DNA of 47,312 bases from a virus (Duplodnaviria > Heunggongvirae > Uroviricota > Caudoviricetes), in IMG/VR virus record IMGVR_UViG_3300017971_000186; one strand, 5' to 3'. How positions within the stretch are numbered: the first letter of the stretch is position 1; the number at the start of each line of letters is the position of its first letter. A program made the position numbers and the translations under genes. Below the pieces are notes generated by a model, which saw only the letters and a program-made list of their open reading frames with translations, had not been told where the DNA came from and searched no databases. Shown here piece after piece: positions 16,168-25,512 of this stretch.

Positions 16168-16556
16168 ATAGGGGGATATGTTTATAGGTATAGACATATA
16201 GTAAGTTAATATATTAAGATAATAATGGGATTTGTATAAATCCCTTTCAGTGCCCATACATAGTTACTTAAGAAATGCCTTAAAGGGTTCCACATTTTTA
16301 TAGGTGCTATGTGTGGGTTTTTTATTATAAAGATATGGATATTGATGAGTAAGAGGATTACCTTAAAATTGTTATTTGATTTATAGATCGTGTTTATTAC
16401 TATATAGACCATAGTTTAAAGATATAGGACGACTGATTTAATAGAGATTAATACGGACGCACCATATAGGACGTTGGTATTTGATAGTATTAAAATGTTA
16501 TATTACTGGATAAAAAAGGTAATTGGGTATATATAATGTTATATGGAGGTAAGAAT

Positions 16557-16727
16557 ATGGATAAAGTATCGTTACAGGTTAATTTAGGATATAGTTCAGA
16601 TAAGCTAAGTGCTTATGGGCTGATTGAGGATAAGCCGAGGATTATAATAGTGAGAGATTTCCCGGAGTTATTTAAACAGGTACGTGGATTGGGGATAAAG
16701 CTTGAGGATTTAACAAGGAGTAAATAA
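16557..16727 (+). CDS. Small hypothetical protein, paralog of 17902..18084
   Basis: ATG 16557 after GGAGG; shares LQxNLxY and DKPRIIIV. Confidence 0.75.
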   Translation: MDKVSLQVNLGYSSDKLSAYGLIEDKPRIIIVRDFPELFKQVRGLGIKLEDLTRSK

Positions 16728-16729
16728 TC

Positions 16730-16885
16730 ATGTTGAAGATATATTATAAAAATGTAAAAATATGTCCTTTCTATAAAGACAAAGAAGTTGAAGTTGGAAA
16801 AGGTTGTATTTATTGTTCTTATTTTAAAGAAAAAAAAGCTGATTATGTAGTCTGTGAATTTTATGAAAAAGATTGGAAGAAATAA
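16730..16885 (+). CDS. Small Cys-containing protein (51 aa)
   Basis: Read manually: CPFY...GCIYCSY...VCEF; AAGGAG SD. Confidence 0.55.
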   Translation: MLKIYYKNVKICPFYKDKEVEVGKGCIYCSYFKEKKADYVVCEFYEKDWKK

Positions 16886-16887
16886 TT

Positions 16888-17229
16888 ATGGCATATGAAA
16901 ATCAGATAAAATGTATTGTTTGTGGGATTAGTATCCCGGATGTCCCGGAGGATGCTACTTCTGAAGAGTTATTATGTGAAAGTTGTTATGAGAGGTTGGG
17001 CTATTTGGATAAGTATCCGAGAGTAGGTGATTATTGGATAGTTAGTAATCAATATTTACCTGATGGATTTGGTAGAGCTGCTTCGACTTATTATTATATC
17101 GTTGATTCAGAGGGTAGGATATTTCATCATAAGGATAAGAAGTGGCGTATTAAAAAATTGAAGGATATAACGACTTTTTATTTTAAGAGTGAAGATGAAG
17201 CAAGGAGATATATAGAGGAGGAAATGTAA
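16888..17229 (+). CDS. Hypothetical protein with N-terminal CxxC...CxxC zinc finger
   Basis: ORF track 16873..17229; CIVC and CESC. Confidence 0.7.
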   Translation: MAYENQIKCIVCGISIPDVPEDATSEELLCESCYERLGYLDKYPRVGDYWIVSNQYLPDGFGRAASTYYYIVDSEGRIFHHKDKKWRIKKLKDITTFYFKSEDEARRYIEEEM

Positions 17230-17231
17230 TT

Positions 17232-17900
17232 ATGAGAGTTAATATAAGTGCAGATGGTAGTCGTGGCTATAAGATAGGTGATAAGGATTTATTAAATTCA
17301 TTGCCTGTTGGTTCCGAGATTGATAAAATTAGGTTGGTTAAATTTAGATCGGGAACTGAGTATGAGCGTTTAAGTTTGTTGGTGGATTTTCATTTTGACT
17401 TTGATGCTGATATTAGTCCTGATCGTACTATGGAGGTTGTATTAAGATACAATGATGGTTACAAGGGTAATATTATAAATAGTTGTGCCCGTATGGATGA
17501 GAGTCTTGAGAAGGTTAGTGATGTTAAGATGGCACCTTACATAGAGTGTGGTGCAATTGTAAAAGGTATTCGGTTTCGGGGATACCTTCATCAGGAGTGT
17601 ATCTGGATAGATTATGAGGCATATGATTTAAAGAATGTTTTTGTTATTGTATTGGGTGACCCTGATGATTTCCCGGATTTGTTGGTATCGAAATATGAAG
17701 TGAAGTTATTTAAAGTTAGGGTATCTCGTAGGGAGGATTTATCGGAGAGTGATATGGATGCTGAGGATTTAGAGCAGGAAGTAGAGGACATCTACTTTTA
17801 TGATACTATTACAGCGGAGAAGGCTATTGATGAGTTGTTTCAGGAGGTTCCGATAAACTTACCTGAGAATTATAATATTTATTCAGAGAGGGCATGTTGA
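17232..17900 (+). CDS. Acidic hypothetical protein
   Basis: 222 aa, GAGGAGG SD. Confidence 0.75.
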   Translation: MRVNISADGSRGYKIGDKDLLNSLPVGSEIDKIRLVKFRSGTEYERLSLLVDFHFDFDADISPDRTMEVVLRYNDGYKGNIINSCARMDESLEKVSDVKMAPYIECGAIVKGIRFRGYLHQECIWIDYEAYDLKNVFVIVLGDPDDFPDLLVSKYEVKLFKVRVSRREDLSESDMDAEDLEQEVEDIYFYDTITAEKAIDELFQEVPINLPENYNIYSERAC

Positions 17901-17901
17901 T

Positions 17902-18084
17902 ATGAATAAAATTGAATTACAGATTAATCTTCATTATTCAGATAAGGCAATAAGTGCTTTTGGGATTATTAAGGATAAACCGAGAATTATTATAGTGGAT
18001 AATTTCCCGACCTTATTGGACAAGGTACGGAGCTTTGGAATAAAGATTGAGAATTTAATCTTAACATTTCAGCCAGAGGACTGA
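17902..18084 (+). CDS. Small hypothetical protein, paralog of 16557..16727
   Basis: Clear protein similarity to 16557..16727. Confidence 0.75.
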   Translation: MNKIELQINLHYSDKAISAFGIIKDKPRIIIVDNFPTLLDKVRSFGIKIENLILTFQPED

Positions 18085-18212
18085 TTATGAAATTTATCAT
18101 ACAGCTATTTGTAAAAATTAAAAAGATCATATGGGATAATGTGATCAATCCTGATGAAGATGAAGAGGATTTTGTCGGTAGACAATGGTAACCCATTAAA
18201 CCAGAAATACTT

Positions 18213-18449
18213 ATGGAAGAAGTTATATTTATGGATACATTTAAGTTTACCCGATACAATGAATTTGAAAGTAATGGTTTGATTAACTGCATAGTTTCTT
18301 TTGTTCCTGCGGTGACCATCGAATGTAATCCTCCCTATGTACGGGGAGTTAAAACTTCTACTTGGATTAAGTTTCGACCTGATCATGTACCTAGTTCTCA
18401 AGAGGAGCTTGAGACTTGTTTAGGTATGTCAATTTTATCATGGGAGTAA
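18213..18449 (+). CDS. Hypothetical protein
   Basis: 78-aa ORF; start uncertain. Confidence 0.55.
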   Translation: MEEVIFMDTFKFTRYNEFESNGLINCIVSFVPAVTIECNPPYVRGVKTSTWIKFRPDHVPSSQEELETCLGMSILSWE

Positions 18450-18455
18450 ATAATT

Positions 18456-18770
18456 ATGATACAGCATCCAGTATTCTTACGATGTGTTGGTGATAAGACT
18501 ATTATCACTACAATAATTCCTACAGAGGAATTAGGTATTCCGATTAAAGATGACATGTTTATTATAGCGACTACGGGTAGTTCTATTTATACAAATAACA
18601 ATCCTTCAATTACTTTGGATAGTAGAACACTTATACGACCAGAAGCATATTTAAAAACTATTAAACAGGAAGATGAAGATATCAAGGGCAATAGTATAGG
18701 GGGAATATTAAGATTGCCTATATGGTTTGTGCGTAAAGTTAAAAGTATTATGGAACAGATGGGGTGTTAA
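18456..18770 (+). CDS. Hypothetical protein
   Basis: 104 aa, GGGAG SD. Confidence 0.7.
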   Translation: MIQHPVFLRCVGDKTIITTIIPTEELGIPIKDDMFIIATTGSSIYTNNNPSITLDSRTLIRPEAYLKTIKQEDEDIKGNSIGGILRLPIWFVRKVKSIMEQMGC

Positions 18771-18779
18771 TAAAGGCCG

Positions 18780-18829
18780 TTTAAGCCTGTCTATGGTTCA
18801 GGGATAGTAAGATACCTCTGAACCATAGA
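18780..18829 (+). ncRNA. Candidate hairpin element, copy B
   Basis: TTTAAGCCTGTCT leader, perfect 12-bp stem 18790-801/18818-29, ATACCTCT at the same offset as copy A. Confidence 0.45.
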
Positions 18830-18875
18830 TGTGCTCTCTATGGCTTTGTATTTAATTATAAAGGAGATTAAGATC

Positions 18876-19178
18876 ATGGATAATACATTTATTAAAAATA
18901 TCAGAGATTATGTAGAGTTACATCGTTGCCCAAAGACCGGGATTGCCTGGATAAAAGATGGGACTACGGGTTTAGGGCATAGTGCTCATGCTAATATCGA
19001 TTCAAGTGGTAGTGTAAGTGGAATGAAAGCACAGGGATTTTGGAATAAGAAAGATAGAACTGTGAGAAGTCACGGGTTTATTTATAATATCGATTCTTAT
19101 GTTGTTGGTAGTGAACTGGATAAGATTGCTGCTAAGAATTGCCAATGTGAAGCTTGTATTGACAGAAGAAAAGTCTGA
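18876..19178 (+). CDS. Conserved phage-type hypothetical protein (GIAW..DG.TG.GHSAHANID)
   Basis: ORF track 18831..19178; ATG 18876 after AAGGAG. Confidence 0.75.
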   Translation: MDNTFIKNIRDYVELHRCPKTGIAWIKDGTTGLGHSAHANIDSSGSVSGMKAQGFWNKKDRTVRSHGFIYNIDSYVVGSELDKIAAKNCQCEACIDRRKV

Positions 19179-19203
19179 TCAAAAAAGAGAGGGTATATCA
19201 ATT

Positions 19204-19533
19204 ATGCAATTTGAAACACTTGAAGGATATATAATTTATCATTTTGTTACTAAAGACATCCGATATGAATTTGATGAAGAAGACAGCCCCTTCTGGAATA
19301 AAACCCATACCTGGATAATGATTGAAAATATACAAGTTACTATTAAGTATCAAAAAAATGGGAGAAAATTATTGAATCAATTTATTGAATCACTCCTTCC
19401 CGATACAGGAATAGTATTAAATGCATCTCCTTTAGATAGTGATTTATCCTTTGAACAACTTCAAAAATGGTATATCTCTCAAGGTTTTAAACAAATAGAT
19501 GAACGAAATCTATCTTTATATTTAATTCGATAG
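19204..19533 (+). CDS. GNAT-like acetyltransferase fold protein (tentative)
   Basis: G-x-x-LL..FI segment and C-terminal IVLNA...LQKWYISQGF typical of GNATs; ORF track 19099..19533. Confidence 0.5.
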   Translation: MQFETLEGYIIYHFVTKDIRYEFDEEDSPFWNKTHTWIMIENIQVTIKYQKNGRKLLNQFIESLLPDTGIVLNASPLDSDLSFEQLQKWYISQGFKQIDERNLSLYLIR

Positions 19534-19567
19534 ATTATAAAGGTTTTTTATCGAAAGGTTATTAATT

Positions 19568-19810
19568 ATGAATATCTCTGTTGTCTTAGTTGATCATGAT
19601 ACATTGGTTACAAATAAAGCTAAGGTGATTGCTTCTAATATACCCATAGTTCAATTTGATGCTATGGCGAAAAAGAAGGGTTTTAATATTAAGAAACAAG
19701 ACACCTCTCTTACCGGATACTATTACGCAAATGATGAAGGTACTTGTTTAGTTTCCTGTCCTTCTTTCCATGAAAAGGATAGTATCATTACCTACGAAAT
19801 ATGGAAATAA
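19568..19810 (+). CDS. Hypothetical protein
   Basis: 80-aa ORF. Confidence 0.65.
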   Translation: MNISVVLVDHDTLVTNKAKVIASNIPIVQFDAMAKKKGFNIKKQDTSLTGYYYANDEGTCLVSCPSFHEKDSIITYEIWK

Positions 19811-19886
19811 ATATTTCTTCCTACCTATAACTATAATATTTCCAGATACATATAATTTATATTTAAAAGATCTTAGAAGAATTTCC

Positions 19887-19915
19887 TTGAATCCTTTTCT
19901 GAGATCTCTTATAAT
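19887..19915 (+). promoter_or_regulatory. sigma70-type promoter TTGAAT-N17-TATAAT with GAGATCTC in the spacer
   Basis: Direct reading; near-identical promoter at 27842. Confidence 0.8.
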
Positions 19916-19923
19916 GATTAATA

Positions 19924-20325
19924 ATGGAGGTTTTTATGAGTAGAGAATTTATAGAGAATACAAATAAAGAAATGCGGAGCAACAAAAGTATGAATACTGA
20001 AACAAAACAATTAATCGAACAATTATCTTTTTCTCAATATGGAGAAGAGTGTAATCATATAAAAGTATCAGAGTTAATCAAAATCAAAGATGAATGTATC
20101 GCTCGGGTAGAAAACTCTGGTAGTGAAGGAATCTATTGTGAAATTGCTCGTTGGAATCCAAAGACACAAAAGTATCAACGTTTTGCTTTTGCTAAATTCC
20201 TTGGTGGTGAAATCCTGGATTGGGATTATAAGACCTGTGCCAAGAACGTCACAGAATATTTAAATGATGCTTGGGAAATTTGTGAAGATGAACCTATTAT
20301 CCATCACATGGAAGATTGGAGTTAA
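19924..20325 (+). CDS. Hypothetical protein
   Basis: 133 aa; start may be ATG 19936 after GGAGG. Confidence 0.7.
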   Translation: MEVFMSREFIENTNKEMRSNKSMNTETKQLIEQLSFSQYGEECNHIKVSELIKIKDECIARVENSGSEGIYCEIARWNPKTQKYQRFAFAKFLGGEILDWDYKTCAKNVTEYLNDAWEICEDEPIIHHMEDWS

Positions 20326-20330
20326 TAATT

Positions 20331-21257
20331 ATGAGTATCAAAACTTTGAAAAAGATAAAAATGTTATCAAAAACCAATAGGATATTCTTCTCTAATGGGA
20401 AAGCTCATTTCACGAATCATAAAGAACATGGTTGGATATGGGTTACCATAGATTCAGAAATGGAAGAAGGACATTACACATTCAGTAAGGGTGAACTATT
20501 AAATATGGGTTACTCTGATATTCCAGAAATGAATCTCGGTGTTGATTTAAATGCTGAGATGCCTATGGTTGATGTCACAGATATCCCATACGAGATTGTG
20601 AATTTCGTAAGTAACGATAAAGATAATTCTTTATCAGGGATTTATTTCGATAAAGAACATGAATGTATTGTTGCGACTGATGGCCGGATCTTATACACTC
20701 ATGAATTAAAAGATATACCGGAATCGATTTTAATAAGACCTGAGTTCTGGAAACTGTTACACCATTTTAAACTAACTCAGATATTCTTTAATGATAAGTA
20801 TTCTATTGCAAAAGGTGATGGTGTTACAATTATCTGTGAGCTTATTACTAGAGAAGTCTATCCTTCCTGGTTTCACTGTGTTCCTAAAGGGAATACCCAT
20901 ATCGAAATCACCGATAAGATTAAGAAGGATATTCTTAAAGCTCTTAAATTATTAAAGCCTCACTATATCTTGAATATGTTTGTGGTATTTGATGGTACTG
21001 ATATTAAAGTTGTGAGTGGTGCAGGGCTTTCTTTTAAAATCAATATTGGTGTTGAATTGTTTCCTGATAAGGTTATTATGCTTGATGCTAATAATTTAAA
21101 GAAGGTCTTAAAGCTTGCACAGGGATATATAAATTTTCCCAAATCAAAGAAACACGCAGTAACTATTTCAAATAATGATTCGACTTCTTTAATTATGCCT
21201 TTCCCGTTACCGGATGATTCAATGCTCAATACTACTTTTGTAGAATTTAATGGATAG
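20331..21257 (+). CDS. DNA polymerase III beta (sliding clamp)-like protein
   Basis: LSGIYFD...IVATDGRIL and MLDANNLKKVLK match beta-clamp domain motifs; ORF track 20316..21257. Confidence 0.65.
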   Translation: MSIKTLKKIKMLSKTNRIFFSNGKAHFTNHKEHGWIWVTIDSEMEEGHYTFSKGELLNMGYSDIPEMNLGVDLNAEMPMVDVTDIPYEIVNFVSNDKDNSLSGIYFDKEHECIVATDGRILYTHELKDIPESILIRPEFWKLLHHFKLTQIFFNDKYSIAKGDGVTIICELITREVYPSWFHCVPKGNTHIEITDKIKKDILKALKLLKPHYILNMFVVFDGTDIKVVSGAGLSFKINIGVELFPDKVIMLDANNLKKVLKLAQGYINFPKSKKHAVTISNNDSTSLIMPFPLPDDSMLNTTFVEFNG

Positions 21258-21498
21258 AAAAATAAATATGACAGTTGATGAAGCTATAAGAATTGCTAAA
21301 GAACAGTGTAAAAATCCTTATGCCCAATCATATCTAAAAAATATTTCTGAATCGATAGAACTTGGTGGTTTAAATGGTATGGCTGTTGATTCATTTAAAC
21401 TTCAGATATTATATGCATTGAATAATATGAAGACATGGCGTGGGGAGACTGCACGAGAAGTAAAAAAAGTACTTAAAAAATACACACAAGGAAAATAA
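21250..21498 (+). CDS. Hypothetical protein
   Basis: 82 aa, overlapping start. Confidence 0.7.
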   Translation: MDRKINMTVDEAIRIAKEQCKNPYAQSYLKNISESIELGGLNGMAVDSFKLQILYALNNMKTWRGETAREVKKVLKKYTQGK

Positions 21499-21499
21499 C

Positions 21500-21691
21500 A
21501 TGATTAAAAGCATACGTAAAATGTTCGAAGATTTAGTGATTGATTTATCACCGGAGAACTTGAGTTGTGATGGTGAGATTAGTTCTTCAGAAACTAAAAA
21601 ACGCTATAATGATATCATGCGTAAGTGGAGTAAATTGGAAGCTATGGCTGGACGTGATGTATCAATTCAGGAAATTGAAGAAGGGATGTAA
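21500..21691 (+). CDS. Hypothetical protein (LSPENLSCDGE motif)
   Basis: 63 aa, AAGGA SD. Confidence 0.7.
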   Translation: MIKSIRKMFEDLVIDLSPENLSCDGEISSSETKKRYNDIMRKWSKLEAMAGRDVSIQEIEEGM

Positions 21692-21696
21692 TAATT

Positions 21697-22251
21697 ATGG
21701 ACTTTAATATTATTGGTTCAATGGAACATCATCTTGAAAAAATTGCTGATAATAAAACCGATGTCATCTTTTATGATAGTGATCTTGCTACTATTGAACT
21801 TAAAGGACTTACCTATATTCTTACTGTTGCAGGGGAATATGAATTTACTTATAAAATGAAAAATTATAATAACGAAAATTTTCATAAAGTTATTGATGAA
21901 TTAACTGATGATAAAATAAAAGAAATTAATTCTAATGGTGATATGAATAAATGGGGTTGGTTTTCCATAGAGATATGGGAAAACAATTCATTGATTTATA
22001 CTCTTGATAATTATCCGATCACCTATGATGAAGCAATTGATACTTATATCAAATTTACCGCTAATGTTTTTAAATACATGGAAAAATTGGATGATGCCCT
22101 TATAAAAGCGGAGGATGTTTTTTGGGCATCGATTGCTAATAGTTTCCCGGAAGCCGAGAGTGGGGATATTGATCCTATTGTTCTACAAGGATATAAAAAT
22201 ACTAACAAAGCTACTGTTAAACATTGGCTATTTAATAATATTAAAAATTGA
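21697..22251 (+). CDS. Hypothetical protein
   Basis: 184-aa ORF. Confidence 0.75.
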   Translation: MDFNIIGSMEHHLEKIADNKTDVIFYDSDLATIELKGLTYILTVAGEYEFTYKMKNYNNENFHKVIDELTDDKIKEINSNGDMNKWGWFSIEIWENNSLIYTLDNYPITYDEAIDTYIKFTANVFKYMEKLDDALIKAEDVFWASIANSFPEAESGDIDPIVLQGYKNTNKATVKHWLFNNIKN

Positions 22252-22377
22252 GAGGAAAAAGAATGGCACAAATTATACAGTCATTCAATTCTTATAGTGG
22301 GATTTACTACAATAATTCTGAGTTTCATTATAGGTCATTGAAATAATTATTACGGTCATTTAATTAAGGAGTAAGAT

Positions 22378-22761
22378 ATGGAATTTGAAAATATACCTGA
22401 AGAATTAAAAGAAAGAGTCGAAGATTTAAGACGTGGGAGTGCTACCATTGAAGCCCTAGTGAATGAAGCTATCGAACAAGCTGATAATTGGAAGGATGCA
22501 CAATCAAATATAAAGGCTTCTATGGACAGTTTAATTCAGGAAGCACAAGAGACCAAGGTTGATTTGGGTGGTGCTGAAGAAGTCATCCTGGAAGGTTGGT
22601 CTATTGCTGACATTAAAAGTCAAGCGGAAGATGATGGTCATGAAATTACTGATGAGCAAGCAATCAATATTCTCAGATACCTGAAGCAACATTTTGATGC
22701 TACCATTGGGATCAATTGGGAAGTTATTAGTTCTGCTATTGCTGAGGAGCTTAGTAACTAA
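22378..22761 (+). CDS. Acidic hypothetical protein
   Basis: 127 aa, AAGGAG SD. Confidence 0.75.
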   Translation: MEFENIPEELKERVEDLRRGSATIEALVNEAIEQADNWKDAQSNIKASMDSLIQEAQETKVDLGGAEEVILEGWSIADIKSQAEDDGHEITDEQAINILRYLKQHFDATIGINWEVISSAIAEELSN

Positions 22762-22916
22762 TGAATGAATCATGGAAATGTACTGAGTGTGGGTACTTCA
22801 TTGAAGATAATGAAGGTGAAAATGGTATCAATGGTATTGTTGTAGAGGGTGATAAAACCTATGCTGATGATCCATGTCCCATGTGTAATGGGAAAATGCT
22901 TAAAGTAGAGGAGTAA
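22761..22916 (+). CDS. Small zinc-ribbon/rubredoxin-like protein (51 aa)
   Basis: Read manually: WKCTECGY...CPMCNG; TAATG-coupled, GAGGAG SD. Confidence 0.65.
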   Translation: MNESWKCTECGYFIEDNEGENGINGIVVEGDKTYADDPCPMCNGKMLKVEE

Positions 22917-22919
22917 TAT

Positions 22920-23525
22920 ATGACTTATGATGTATATGGATATAAGACACAAGAGGATTTTGATAATCGTGATTATGTGGTTGTTGATGAAGGATTAACT
23001 AGAAGAAAAGATGCTATGAAAATTGGTAAAGATTCTCTCAATGAATATGCTGTAATAAAAGTACAATCTGATGATAGAGAGTTTATTGAAATTTTGAATA
23101 TTAGAACTGGTGTTTTAGATACAGCAAGTATTAAACCGGATATGTTGGATGAGCAATTGATCAATAATGCTATTGATATAGCATGGGAAGAAGCTATTGA
23201 AGGTAAGACTCAAGATGAGATTGAAGAACTAGGTGATTGTTGGGAATGTTCTGATACTACTTACCTTTATGGATTCATTAAGGATGCTGATGATAAATAT
23301 ATTCCTGATCCTGATCAGGACTTATCGGTTATCGTTAATATGGGGAACGGTTGTACTCTTCAGATATTGCAATCAAAATACATAATAGATAATGTTGGTT
23401 TTTGTTCACCATGCTATCCTGGGCAAGCTGATCTGGATAGTGATGGAAATTTGACTGCATACATTTTACCGCCTGAATATTTTATCAAAGGTGAATTTGA
23501 TACATCTAAAATCAGAGAGATATAA
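22920..23525 (+). CDS. Acidic hypothetical protein (CSPCYPGQ motif)
   Basis: 201 aa, GAGGAG SD. Confidence 0.75.
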   Translation: MTYDVYGYKTQEDFDNRDYVVVDEGLTRRKDAMKIGKDSLNEYAVIKVQSDDREFIEILNIRTGVLDTASIKPDMLDEQLINNAIDIAWEEAIEGKTQDEIEELGDCWECSDTTYLYGFIKDADDKYIPDPDQDLSVIVNMGNGCTLQILQSKYIIDNVGFCSPCYPGQADLDSDGNLTAYILPPEYFIKGEFDTSKIREI

Positions 23526-23623
23526 AAATTAGTCCCGATCAGGTATAAACATATCCATTATCGGTTTATTTATACCCTGAAGGGTATACAAATCAAATAT
23601 ATGCTGTAACGTATAAGGAGAAT

Positions 23624-24010
23624 ATGATTATGGAAATTACAGGAAATGAATGGAAAATTATAAATCATATCGTTAAATATGGATGTATAACTTGTAAGAA
23701 TCATGATAATCTTATGGCTAGAGGTATACAGATATGTGATAGTAATAGCCTTGAAATTAGAGGTGAGTATATTGAATTCGATTTATCAGGTGATGATACC
23801 TGGATAACCGAACCTATTCTTATTTGGTGTGAAGAATGTCAAACTATCTGGTTAGATAGAAGAAAGTCTGTTGCTGATGACATTTTAAATCTTAAATTCC
23901 AATTGGATAATGGAAATGTACTTACTGATAATGAAATGGTTGATTGGAAAAAGAAAAGTGAATCTTGGAAAATCACTGAATATTTAAATAATAATTTTGA
24001 ACTGGAATAA
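23624..24010 (+). CDS. Hypothetical protein with CxxC pairs
   Basis: 128 aa, AAGGAG SD. Confidence 0.7.
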   Translation: MIMEITGNEWKIINHIVKYGCITCKNHDNLMARGIQICDSNSLEIRGEYIEFDLSGDDTWITEPILIWCEECQTIWLDRRKSVADDILNLKFQLDNGNVLTDNEMVDWKKKSESWKITEYLNNNFELE

Positions 24011-24021
24011 GGAGAACAATT

Positions 24022-24282
24022 ATGAAAATTACTTATTCGAAAATCGCTTATGTTACATGTCCTTCCGGAATACTGGATGAAATAACTTCATCCCTTAATT
24101 GTATTGCTGAGGGTGATGGTCAAGCTGTTGTTAATATCGATACCCTTACCGAATGGCTCAATGAAGAAGAAAATAAAGATGATATAAGTTTATATAAATT
24201 TCTTGTTGGGATTGAAAAAGAACTTGATAAAGAAGTTAAAGAAAATGGTGAACAGATTGGTGAAGTAATTTTTAGTTCTTAA
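24022..24282 (+). CDS. Hypothetical protein
   Basis: 86 aa, AAGGAG SD. Confidence 0.7.
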   Translation: MKITYSKIAYVTCPSGILDEITSSLNCIAEGDGQAVVNIDTLTEWLNEEENKDDISLYKFLVGIEKELDKEVKENGEQIGEVIFSS

Positions 24283-24292
24283 GGAGACTGAA

Positions 24293-24577
24293 ATGATTAA
24301 AAATATATTAAATGAAAATGGTTATACGAATAACATAAGTGGATTGATCGATGCTTTATCAGATTTATCTAATGAAGATGAAACACAAACCCAACTATTA
24401 AAACTTCTTTCAACTAAATTTGATAAGATAAATTCTGTCTTGGTATCGCTTATAGAAACAATCAAAAAAGATTTCGGAACTGGTAATGGGGATGAAATTG
24501 ATGAGAATCTTTTGAATTACCCTGAACTAGCCTCAATTTATCATAATGCTGTTAAAACCTTAGAGGAAACTGAATAA
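24293..24577 (+). CDS. Hypothetical protein
   Basis: 94 aa, AAGGAG SD. Confidence 0.7.
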   Translation: MIKNILNENGYTNNISGLIDALSDLSNEDETQTQLLKLLSTKFDKINSVLVSLIETIKKDFGTGNGDEIDENLLNYPELASIYHNAVKTLEETE

Positions 24578-25002
24578 TGATTAAAAAAGTCATCAAACAT
24601 AAAGGTAAAAGAATTACCCGACTCTACCTGCAAGCCGGAGATGAAGTACAGACCAGTGAAGAGACTCTTCGGGAAACTGCTACTTATATTACAGGTAATA
24701 CTTTTCAAATCCATGATACTGATTTAATGGTGCCTTATTATATCAGTGAAGAATATCATGAGACTAAATATTTACCTGTTGAGTATGATAAGAAAGGTGC
24801 TTATGTTGATATCCCCAAAGGATATAATTATTTAGGTCAAGAAGATTTCATTATCAATCTTGAAAAGATTAAGCCTCCTGATTATGAAATGATAGCATTA
24901 AAGGCAAAATATACTGAGGAGGCTTGGGTAAATGAAGTAGTCAAAGGCGGTACTCTATTTGGCTATGAGACATGGGTAAAAGAAAAATCACAGGAGAAAT
25001 AA
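24577..25002 (+). CDS. Hypothetical protein
   Basis: 141 aa, TAATG-coupled. Confidence 0.7.
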   Translation: MIKKVIKHKGKRITRLYLQAGDEVQTSEETLRETATYITGNTFQIHDTDLMVPYYISEEYHETKYLPVEYDKKGAYVDIPKGYNYLGQEDFIINLEKIKPPDYEMIALKAKYTEEAWVNEVVKGGTLFGYETWVKEKSQEK

Positions 25003-25005
25003 TTT

Positions 25006-25197
25006 ATGATTAATTCTAAACAAGAAAAACAATATGTCGAGAACCAAGGAGTACGATGTCCGCATTGTAACTCCGATGAATTGGATGCTGGAGAGCCACA
25101 AGCTGATGGCGCTGAGATTATCGTTGAAATAACCTGTAATAGTTGTCGTGAAATATGGAAAGATCTATACAAATTAGCGGGTATCATAGAAGACTAA
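25006..25197 (+). CDS. Small zinc-ribbon protein
   Basis: CPHC...CNSC; AGGAG SD. Confidence 0.7.
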   Translation: MINSKQEKQYVENQGVRCPHCNSDELDAGEPQADGAEIIVEITCNSCREIWKDLYKLAGIIED

Positions 25198-25253
25198 GTT
25201 CAATGATTCAAAGTATTTATATTAAACTTATAGGAGAAAATTGAGTATATTAT

Positions 25254-25511
25254 ATGATACAGAAAAAATCATGTGTGAAGATAAAACCACTGGGAACGAT
25301 TTGTGAATATCTACATGGTCTCAGTGGTTTTGTCGTTAAGACACGAAAAAAAATTATTACAAAAAGAACTTATGAATCAAATTGGAATCCAGTTAAAGTT
25401 GGTGAAACTACTGAATACTGTGTTGATCTTTCTGCTCATAGTAATCGGGAACTGGATACTAGCATGCCCAAACAGTTTTGGTTTGAAGCTGAACAATTAA
25501 CGGAGGTATAA
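25254..25511 (+). CDS. Hypothetical protein
   Basis: 85-aa ORF. Confidence 0.65.
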   Translation: MIQKKSCVKIKPLGTICEYLHGLSGFVVKTRKKIITKRTYESNWNPVKVGETTEYCVDLSAHSNRELDTSMPKQFWFEAEQLTEV

Positions 25512-25512
25512 A

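Larger units (their letters stand above)
15514..16544. other. Putative replication origin region
   Basis: ~1 kb without credible genes; C-rich to G-rich switch near 16.04 kb; 15-bp and 47-bp direct repeats, 12-bp hairpin, 20-bp AT palindrome. Confidence 0.65.

Noticed and set aside
15773-16412. ORFs 15773-15973(-) and 16206-16412(-)
   Set aside because: They fall within the repeat-rich, skew-switching gap and have no SD; likely chance ORFs.
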